Positions 14,765 through 21,656 of a stretch of DNA of 36,134 nucleotides are shown here, in pieces. Each line of letters starts with the position of its first letter. Within the stretch, counting starts at the first letter, position 1. The stretch spans positions 1 through 36,134 of the forward strand of contig CANQKL010000002.1 of assembly GCA_947624455.1 (NCBI GenBank), written 5' to 3'. Under the pieces are notes generated by a model. The model was not told where the DNA came from. It saw only the letters and a list, made by a program, of their open reading frames with translations, and made no database searches. This DNA is from an uncultured Clostridia bacterium (lineage in GTDB: Bacteria > Bacillota > Clostridia > UMGS1883). A program made the position numbers and the translations under genes.

Positions 14765-17667
14765 TACTTATCCCCTCCTTCCTTAATGACATAGCTCTGG
14801 GCTCCGAGAGTCTCGCCATTGACAGTCACGCTGAAGGTGTTGTAGTTAGTTATCACCTTAACGCCCGTCTCATAGGTGGTCTCGAAAACCTTGTCGTCCA
14901 GCACGCGGTGAGATATGATCCTCGTGGTGCCGATCTTGGCAAACTCATCCTTGATGGTCTGGTCCATTTCCTTTATCTCATCGGCAAAGAGCTTATACTC
15001 TGTGGCAAAGAGCTCGTTGTAGTTGTTCTGCTTAAGCTCGGCCACACCCTTAGCGGTTATGGTGAACTTGGGGAACGCGGCAAGCTCCATCGCCTGAAGC
15101 AGGAAGTAAGCCTTGTTGGAGGACGCGGTATTTATGCTGAGCGTGGTGTAATCGGTAAGTCCGTTGAGTACCAACTGACGGAAGGGAACGTTCTCCTTGA
15201 TAAGACCGTAATCGCTGCTCTCCCTGGAAACGTCCGCCGCTATGGCCGCATAGCCTATGCGGTTGGCGTTGGGATTGTAGAGTACGAGCTTTCTGTCCTG
15301 AGACAGGGTCTGGAGGGCGTTCTGGATAACCTGCTCGCCCTGATAAGGCGTACACTGTTTGCCGTCGCGCTGATCCTCATAGTACAGGCTGCCCAGATCC
15401 TCAAGGCTGAGGTTCTTGTACTCAGCGGCCGCCGAGGAGAACTTATTAACAACATTGGGAAGATATCTGGGAGATACGGTGTAATAGCCGTTGCCGTGCA
15501 TATTGAACTCGCCGGTGGGGATGTCGTAATCGTAAGTCACAAGGGGTTCGCCGTTAAAGTTCACAAGAGAATGTTTCGTCTTAAAGGAGGACGAGGTCTT
15601 GTAAACCTGAGTGGGATTCACGTTGAGATAAAGGCTATCCCAATGATCCCTGAGCAGGGCGTCCAGATCGGACTTGCTGCCGTTGCTGGAGGTGAGCTTC
15701 GCGGAGGAATTTACTTTGTTGTAAATGCCGCCGTTGAAAGCGCCCTTGTAGCTTACTATGGGATTGACCGCCTTGAGATCCTCGTAGATCTCGGCCAGCT
15801 CCTTGTAAGTGGTCATGGACACCGTCCTGTCATAAGGAACGCCCATGATTCGAGCGTCTATAGTCAGAGAGGATATAACGTCCAGGAATACTCTGGGAGC
15901 GGTCATTTCCTCGGCTGTCTTTTCCTTAAGATTATAGGCCGAAATTATGTAATCCCGGTAGGACTGGCTCATGGTGTAGTAATTGGCGTTGTCAGTGTAA
16001 AGCTTGTAACGCACGCGGCAATCCATGTTGAATTGGTCGGTCATGGCGATAAAGCGAGCGTCGTTGTCGCTGTAGGGGCCAAACACCTTAACGCTGCTGA
16101 GCTGCATTAAGTCAAAGGAGGGATAAACCTTGTTGAAGGGAGCGTCCGCCGCAACGTCGCCGGTAGCGGCCAGCTTAACGTTGATGGAGGCGGTGGGATC
16201 GCCGCTCTCGATTATGCCCATGAAGCCGTTGTAAGGCTTTACTACAGGCTCCTCGACGATCTCGGTGGCCTCGGCTTCCTCACCCTCGGCGGCTTCACCC
16301 TCGGCGGCTTCACCTTCGGCGGGTTCCTCCGCGGGTTCTTCGGCAGGCTCCTCAGCAGGCTCCTCTGCCTCGGCGGCTTCTTCGCCTTCAGCAGGCTCTT
16401 CGCCCTCTGCGGCCTCCTCACCCTCGGCAGCCTCCTCGCCTTCGGCGGCTTCGCCTTCGGCAGGCTCCTCGGGCTTCTCTGTCTCGACTATCCTGTCAGC
16501 GTCGCTGCCCATGCCAAAGACGGGCATCGTGATATTCTCACGGAACTCGCTCTGATTGTAGAGCTGATCGTAATAGGTGTTGTTGTAAACGGGACGGGAG
16601 TACTCGGCATAACCGCTGTCGTAGCTGTTGATGTCGAAGATAGCGCCGCTGCCGTCGGGAACAAAGATGAATCCGTTGTCTGTCTCATCGGACTTTATCA
16701 GGCCGAAGTTGGGCAGGATCTGGATGGCCTTGAGCTGGTACTCCTTCTCGTGCTGCTCATTTTCCTGGCTCTCATTCACGATCTTGTCGGTGGGGATATT
16801 GACCACAAGGTCGCCGTCGTCAAGGGTGAACTCCACAGGAATAATAAAGCGGGGATTCTCGGTTACATTAAAGGTAAAGTCGAACTCCTGGCTGTCGATA
16901 CGGATCTCGTCAACAGTGTAGTTTACCTTTTTGCTCAGGTCGATAAGGATTCTGGTGGCGGATACGGGAGGCGTGCCGGCCAGCTTGTTGTAGTAATGGG
17001 TCCCGTCATCGGAAAGAGCGTAGATCTTATCAAGGGCGTTATCGTAGCTGGCCTGAGTCTCAGCTGTAATAGTGCCATTATCGACGAGCTGCTGTACCTT
17101 GTCCTTGAAGAACTCGTTAAAGCGCTCGACGCTCACCATCTTGGGCATATATTCCTCCAGATTGGTGGACTCCTCGCTGGCGAAGGTCATATTGGCCCTG
17201 AAGCCATTGGGGATGCGCTCGATGGTGTACTTCTTCTCAACTTCCTCGCCGGTGAGGGACTCGCCCTCGTCCTCGACGCAGTAGCTGTAACCGCTCCAGG
17301 TCTTTTCGGCGCCCGCGCCGTCAATATAGGTTATTGAAATGGGGCCGCCGGGAGTGGAGCTGGATTCCTCGGTGTTGCTGACGGACTCCCAATATGTATT
17401 GGTGGCCGTGTCAACAACTCTGATGTCCAGTGTGACGGGGTTGACCATCAACTGCTTGCCGCCGTTCTCCGCGACTGTCGTCCAGCCATCGGAAGTGGTG
17501 TCGACCGTGTTGAGCGATGGCGTCAGATCGCCGGAGCTTATTGGGGGAAGGGCGGTGGCCTTCATCCCAAGCTGAGGCAGCCATGATACGAACTGAACTA
17601 CCAAGAATATTACCAAGGCAATGCAGAGTATTTTCAGCACGCTTAAATTCTTTAAAAAGTTTTTCAT
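14764..17667 (-). CDS. large N-terminally membrane-anchored extracytoplasmic protein, DUF5696-like (function unknown)
   Basis: ATG 17667 lies 9 nt after GAGGTGGTG; the track start 17679 is a GTG inside the RBS. One N-terminal TM helix (ILCIALVIFLVVQFVSWL). The remaining ~940 aa are soluble-looking, with a ~70-aa Glu/Ala/Pro low-complexity insertion. The family call rests on my recollection of DUF5696 proteins next to Yip1 and sugar-permease genes and needs an HMM check. Confidence 0.65.
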   Translation of the reverse strand: MKNFLKNLSVLKILCIALVIFLVVQFVSWLPQLGMKATALPPISSGDLTPSLNTVDTTSDGWTTVAENGGKQLMVNPVTLDIRVVDTATNTYWESVSNTEESSSTPGGPISITYIDGAGAEKTWSGYSYCVEDEGESLTGEEVEKKYTIERIPNGFRANMTFASEESTNLEEYMPKMVSVERFNEFFKDKVQQLVDNGTITAETQASYDNALDKIYALSDDGTHYYNKLAGTPPVSATRILIDLSKKVNYTVDEIRIDSQEFDFTFNVTENPRFIIPVEFTLDDGDLVVNIPTDKIVNESQENEQHEKEYQLKAIQILPNFGLIKSDETDNGFIFVPDGSGAIFDINSYDSGYAEYSRPVYNNTYYDQLYNQSEFRENITMPVFGMGSDADRIVETEKPEEPAEGEAAEGEEAAEGEEAAEGEEPAEGEEAAEAEEPAEEPAEEPAEEPAEGEAAEGEAAEGEEAEATEIVEEPVVKPYNGFMGIIESGDPTASINVKLAATGDVAADAPFNKVYPSFDLMQLSSVKVFGPYSDNDARFIAMTDQFNMDCRVRYKLYTDNANYYTMSQSYRDYIISAYNLKEKTAEEMTAPRVFLDVISSLTIDARIMGVPYDRTVSMTTYKELAEIYEDLKAVNPIVSYKGAFNGGIYNKVNSSAKLTSSNGSKSDLDALLRDHWDSLYLNVNPTQVYKTSSSFKTKHSLVNFNGEPLVTYDYDIPTGEFNMHGNGYYTVSPRYLPNVVNKFSSAAAEYKNLSLEDLGSLYYEDQRDGKQCTPYQGEQVIQNALQTLSQDRKLVLYNPNANRIGYAAIAADVSRESSDYGLIKENVPFRQLVLNGLTDYTTLSINTASSNKAYFLLQAMELAAFPKFTITAKGVAELKQNNYNELFATEYKLFADEIKEMDQTIKDEFAKIGTTRIISHRVLDDKVFETTYETGVKVITNYNTFSVTVNGETLGAQSYVIKEGGDK
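16262..16478 (-). repeat. degenerate 12-18-nt tandem repeats encoding an acidic (P/A)AEGE(E/A) tract inside 14764..17667
   Basis: Protein tract EKPEEPAEGEAAEGEEAAEGEEAAEGEEPAEGEEAAEAEEPAEEPAEEPAEEPAEGEAAEGEAAEGEEAEATE. The DNA shows reiterated GGCTTCACCCTCGGC / AGGCTCCTC units. Confidence 0.85.
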
Positions 17668-17672
17668 ATCAA

Positions 17673-18302
17673 TCACCACCTCTTCATAAATTCAGTCACG
17701 AAGGTGTAACCGAAGGATACCGCCTTCTGTATAAGCGTAATGTACAGTATGGCCAGGAATATTATTATTATTGCCGCGACAAAGGTAGCGACGATCATGG
17801 CAACGTTCGTTCCGGCGGTATACTCGTGAGCCACGCACAGGCCGGCGAATACCAGGAAAGCGAAGAATACGCTGCCCGCGACGCTGATGGCCGAAAGAAT
17901 GGCGGCCTCCTCAGCGGTTACCACATTACTGAAAAGTACGACTACCGCGTCCAGAACCAGCTTCGGAAACAGAGCGTAGGTCAGCACCGTGTAGATGTCG
18001 CTGAACTTACCGCTGCCCTCAAATATGGCCGTAACGCTCCAGTTGCTTATGCAGAAGAGCAGGAACGGGAATATGCCAAAGATGAACGTCGTGACGCTGT
18101 TCATGGCGAACAGGGGATTGTCGTTCATTATAAAGCCGGTGTACTGATACTTTACTATGGCCAGCAGACCGTAGAGTATCAAAATTATCGTACCCAGGGC
18201 CAGATTACCCTTGCCTCTGAAGCGCACCTCATAGAAGCCATCAAATGGATGGAAAATGACGTACGTCAGATATTTGAAATCTTCTAATAACTTTTTCATC
18301 AT
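17673..18302 (-). CDS. Yip1-domain-like polytopic membrane protein
   Basis: ATG 18302 (or 18299) follows GAGGTG; the track start 18308 is a GTG inside the RBS. N-terminal FHPFDGFYEVRF box followed by five predicted TM helices, as in bacterial Yip1/DUF1282-type proteins. Confidence 0.65.
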   Translation of the reverse strand: MMKKLLEDFKYLTYVIFHPFDGFYEVRFRGKGNLALGTIILILYGLLAIVKYQYTGFIMNDNPLFAMNSVTTFIFGIFPFLLFCISNWSVTAIFEGSGKFSDIYTVLTYALFPKLVLDAVVVLFSNVVTAEEAAILSAISVAGSVFFAFLVFAGLCVAHEYTAGTNVAMIVATFVAAIIIIFLAILYITLIQKAVSFGYTFVTEFMKRW

Positions 18303-18312
18303 TTTCACCTCA

Positions 18313-19800
18313 TTATAACTCTTCTAACTTCTTCTGCTTCCGGCTGTAGGCTATCTCTGTCCAGAGTACCCAAGTCACGAAGGCAAGGAACACGATGGCG
18401 AAAATCCAGAAATACTTCTGAATGAGCAGGTTGCGGTAACCGCCAAAGGCCGTGGAGTAATAGGTCTTGTCGTTACCGAGCCTGAAATTGTCCATAGCGG
18501 CCTTGTAGTTGTCCCGCATGAGCTGGTTCTTGCCGATGGATACGTAGGCGTGGTCATAGTTGGCGTTCATGTCTACTATCTGCTGGTTCTTAACGGCCGC
18601 TCCGTCGAAGTCGCCGTTGAAGTACATTTCCTCCGCGTCAAGCACCAGCGCGCCGAAGTCGGTGGGGTTGAACACGAAAGCGCTGGCCAGCTTGCTGTCG
18701 CCCACTATAAGGGAGTTGCCCATCCAGCAGATGGAGGACGGAGTGTTGAACTTGCCCTTTGTGTCGCCCTTGCCGCCAAAAACGGTCAGCAGGTTGCCGT
18801 CAAAGTTATAGAGGAACACTCTGTTCTTGGAGGTATCCAGCAGGGCGTAAACGCCGTAGTCGGAAACCGCCACATCCGCAAAGGTACTCTTGGAGCTGTC
18901 GGTGGCGCTTGTGGGCAGGTCGCCCAAAATTTTGCTATAACCAAACTTACGCAGCACGTTTTCGCCCTTAGCGTTGAAACGGAAAGCCATTTCCTCAGAG
19001 GCCGTATCGGTGGTTACCGCGTATACGAAGCCGTCGGAGTCAGTCTCAACGTTAGTGAAGGCGGGAGCGTAAACCTTGCTCATCTTTGCCTTCTGTTCGT
19101 CAGAGGCGATGGATTTCCAGAAGAAATCAATCAGGTTTACCGTGGGAGAGTTAACGCCGAAGTAGCGGGAGAAGCTGCCGTCGGTGTTAAGCTCGATGAT
19201 ACCCTCGGTGCTGTTCTTTACCACAACGAAGATTCTGTCCGCGTTGTCGACAGCCACCTTGGAGGGGATGAACTCGGTGGAACCTACCATGTTATCGGGC
19301 TTGTTGATAACCATAGACATGGGGTAGGAGTTTTCGCCGGTCTCGTCAACAGCGTTAATATCCAACACAAAGATACGGTTGTTGCCAGTGTCGGCGATGT
19401 AGAGGTTACGGTCGTTGGCAAACACGCCCTCGGGAGCGTTAAGGATAGCCTGCTTGTTGCTGTCCTCGTCAACGACGATCTTGCCCTCGGTGTCGCGTAT
19501 AATCTTTATCTGCTTTACCAGATTAAAGTTCGTATCCAGCACATCTACCGCATTGGAGGCCGCATCGGCAATGTAGATCTTGTCGCCGTGAACGTACACG
19601 TCGTCAACGCTGCCCAAGGTCAAGCCCTCGACGCTGTCGCTGTTGATAACGGTAGAAAGCTCAAAGGCGTTCAAGCTCTGGTTGGCGCTGGACCAATAGT
19701 CGTAAATGTAGCTGCTGTCGTCGGTATGCTCGGCATAAGCGGTTGCAAATGTGAAGCATAAAAGTACCAGCGTAATAAGGCTTATAATTCTTTTCGTCAT
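18313..19800 (-). CDS. NHL-repeat beta-propeller protein with signal peptide and C-terminal TM anchor
   Basis: ATG 19800 lies 7 nt after GGGGGTG. Signal peptide IISLITLVLLCFTFATAYA. NHL-type blades (VYVHGDKIYIADAASNAVDVLD; PEGVFANDRNLYIADTGNNRIFVLD; PSKVAVDNADRIFVV; PSSICWMGNSLIVGDSKLASAFVF). C-terminal TM helix YFWIFAIVFLAFVTWVLW followed by a basic tail. Confidence 0.75.
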   Translation of the reverse strand: MTKRIISLITLVLLCFTFATAYAEHTDDSSYIYDYWSSANQSLNAFELSTVINSDSVEGLTLGSVDDVYVHGDKIYIADAASNAVDVLDTNFNLVKQIKIIRDTEGKIVVDEDSNKQAILNAPEGVFANDRNLYIADTGNNRIFVLDINAVDETGENSYPMSMVINKPDNMVGSTEFIPSKVAVDNADRIFVVVKNSTEGIIELNTDGSFSRYFGVNSPTVNLIDFFWKSIASDEQKAKMSKVYAPAFTNVETDSDGFVYAVTTDTASEEMAFRFNAKGENVLRKFGYSKILGDLPTSATDSSKSTFADVAVSDYGVYALLDTSKNRVFLYNFDGNLLTVFGGKGDTKGKFNTPSSICWMGNSLIVGDSKLASAFVFNPTDFGALVLDAEEMYFNGDFDGAAVKNQQIVDMNANYDHAYVSIGKNQLMRDNYKAAMDNFRLGNDKTYYSTAFGGYRNLLIQKYFWIFAIVFLAFVTWVLWTEIAYSRKQKKLEEL

Positions 19801-19814
19801 CACTGTGCACCCCC

Positions 19815-20705
19815 TTAATCTTTCATACCGGAGCTGGCCATCGTCTCGATAACGTTACTCTGGGAGAATACGAATACCGCGATAGGAACTGCCAGCATGA
19901 TCAGGTTTACCGCCGACGACACACCTGTACGCACGATACCGGCGCTGATGATCTGGCTCAGAGCGTAGGTGATGGGCTTCAACTTTTCGGTATAGATGAA
20001 GTTACCGCCGGTGGCGCCCCACAGGGACTGGAAGGAAAGGATGATGGCCGTGATCCAGGCGGGCTTCGCCAGCGGCATTACTACCTTCCAATATATTCCG
20101 AATTCGCTGGAGCCGTCGATCTTGGCGGACTCGAGAAGCGAGGTTGGAATGTGAACCATGTTGTTCTTCATCAGGTACAGGCACAGGGTCGAGCCTATGG
20201 CCGGAATAACTACCGCCCAATATGTATCTACAAGGTGAAGCTTGCTCATGATAATATAGTTGGGGATAGCGGTTACGGTGCCGTTGAACATCAGAGAGTA
20301 GGTGATGATGCTGCTCATGGCGCCGCTGCCCGGGAACTTGTACTTAGCCAGGGGATAAGCGGCCATGGAGCCGAAAACTACCGTACCGGCCGTGCCCAGG
20401 AAGGTGATGAAGAAGGTGTTGAAGATGTACCGGCTGAATGGTACCCAGCTGTTGCCCACTATCTGGAACAGGTCGCGGAAGTTGTCGAGGGTGGGGTTGG
20501 ATACGTAAAACCGGGGCGGGAACAGGAATATCTCGTTCAAAGGCTTGAAAGCGTTGATTATAATGAGCCAAAGGGGCAGTATCGAGAACAGGCCGAAAGC
20601 CCCCAGGAACACCGTCAGCGCAATGTCCACGCCGAGAGAACGGTTCCGGCGGGTTATTTTGCGATGATCAAGGTATTGCTTAAACTTCTTGATAGGATTG
20701 ATCAT
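19815..20705 (-). CDS. carbohydrate ABC transporter permease (MalG/CUT1 type), pair 1
   Basis: EAA loop LLESAKIDGSSEFGIYWKVVMPLAKP; six predicted TM segments; 3-nt gap to the upstream gene. Confidence 0.9.
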   Translation of the reverse strand: MINPIKKFKQYLDHRKITRRNRSLGVDIALTVFLGAFGLFSILPLWLIIINAFKPLNEIFLFPPRFYVSNPTLDNFRDLFQIVGNSWVPFSRYIFNTFFITFLGTAGTVVFGSMAAYPLAKYKFPGSGAMSSIITYSLMFNGTVTAIPNYIIMSKLHLVDTYWAVVIPAIGSTLCLYLMKNNMVHIPTSLLESAKIDGSSEFGIYWKVVMPLAKPAWITAIILSFQSLWGATGGNFIYTEKLKPITYALSQIISAGIVRTGVSSAVNLIMLAVPIAVFVFSQSNVIETMASSGMKD

Positions 20706-20708
20706 GCT

Positions 20709-21656
20709 TTATTCACCCACCCTTCTCAAAATCTTTTGAACTACGATGTTAGCGAAAATCATTATGAAGAACAGCACGGTAGCTATCGCGGACGCGTAAC
20801 CCATTTCGTAACGGGTGCTGCCGTAGTCGTTCAAGTGGGTCAAAATCGTATGACCCGCATAGTCCACCGACGGGAAGCCCGCCAGCTCTGTAGAAATGTT
20901 GGAAACGGAAAGCGAAGACGTGATCTGCATTACCGCGCCGAACATCAGCTGAGGCTTCATGGCGGGCAGGGTGATGTACCACAGCTCCTGCCAGCGGTTC
21001 TTGATACCGTCGATAGCGCCAGCCTCGTACATGGTCTTGTCAACGGACTGGAGTCCGGCGATGAACGACAGGAATGATACGCCCAAGCTCAGCCACAGCT
21101 GAACTATGATCAGTATGGGCATGATGTATTCCGCCGTTTCAAACCATAGTATGGGACTGTCGATTACCCCCATATTCAGCAGCCAGGCGTTGGCGTAACC
21201 GTACATATCGGAGCTGAATATCAGCTTCCAGATAACGAAAGCGTTACCGGAAATGGACGGCGCGTAGAACACCAGTGTCAGGAACGCGCGGGGCAGCGGG
21301 GGCAGTTCGTTGATGAGCCAGGCGAAAACGAAGCACATCAAGTAACTGATAGGACCTGTAACCAGGGCGAAGAGCATAGTGTTCTTCATGGCTATCAGGA
21401 ATATGTCGTCGAATACGATAAGGTTTATGTAGTTATCAAGCGCTACGAAATCAGGAGTTTGCAGCATATTGAAGTTCGTAAAGCTCATAACTATGGAAAC
21501 CAGTACCGGGATAGCGGTGAAGCATATGAAGATAATGGCAAACGGAAGTATCATCAGGTATTTTTCCTTATGAAGTTTCCAGGCGTTTGACCACTTCATA
21601 GCCTCGAGCTTTTTCTTTTTTGGCTTGTCGGCGGCGGGCGCTTGCGCCTTACTCAT
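20709..21656 (-). CDS. sugar ABC transporter permease (MalF/CUT1 type), pair 1
   Basis: EAA loop MYEAGAIDGIKNRWQELWYITLPAMKP. ATG 21656 overlaps the upstream gene end by 8 nt. Confidence 0.9.
   Translation of the reverse strand: MSKAQAPAADKPKKKKLEAMKWSNAWKLHKEKYLMILPFAIIFICFTAIPVLVSIVMSFTNFNMLQTPDFVALDNYINLIVFDDIFLIAMKNTMLFALVTGPISYLMCFVFAWLINELPPLPRAFLTLVFYAPSISGNAFVIWKLIFSSDMYGYANAWLLNMGVIDSPILWFETAEYIMPILIIVQLWLSLGVSFLSFIAGLQSVDKTMYEAGAIDGIKNRWQELWYITLPAMKPQLMFGAVMQITSSLSVSNISTELAGFPSVDYAGHTILTHLNDYGSTRYEMGYASAIATVLFFIMIFANIVVQKILRRVGE

Noticed and set aside
16265-16555. 96-aa + strand ORF encoding an SPSAAS/GSSA repeat protein.
   Set aside because: It is the reverse-complement reading of the Glu/Ala/Pro repeat inside the 967-aa minus-strand gene. 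It has no RBS and no independent support.
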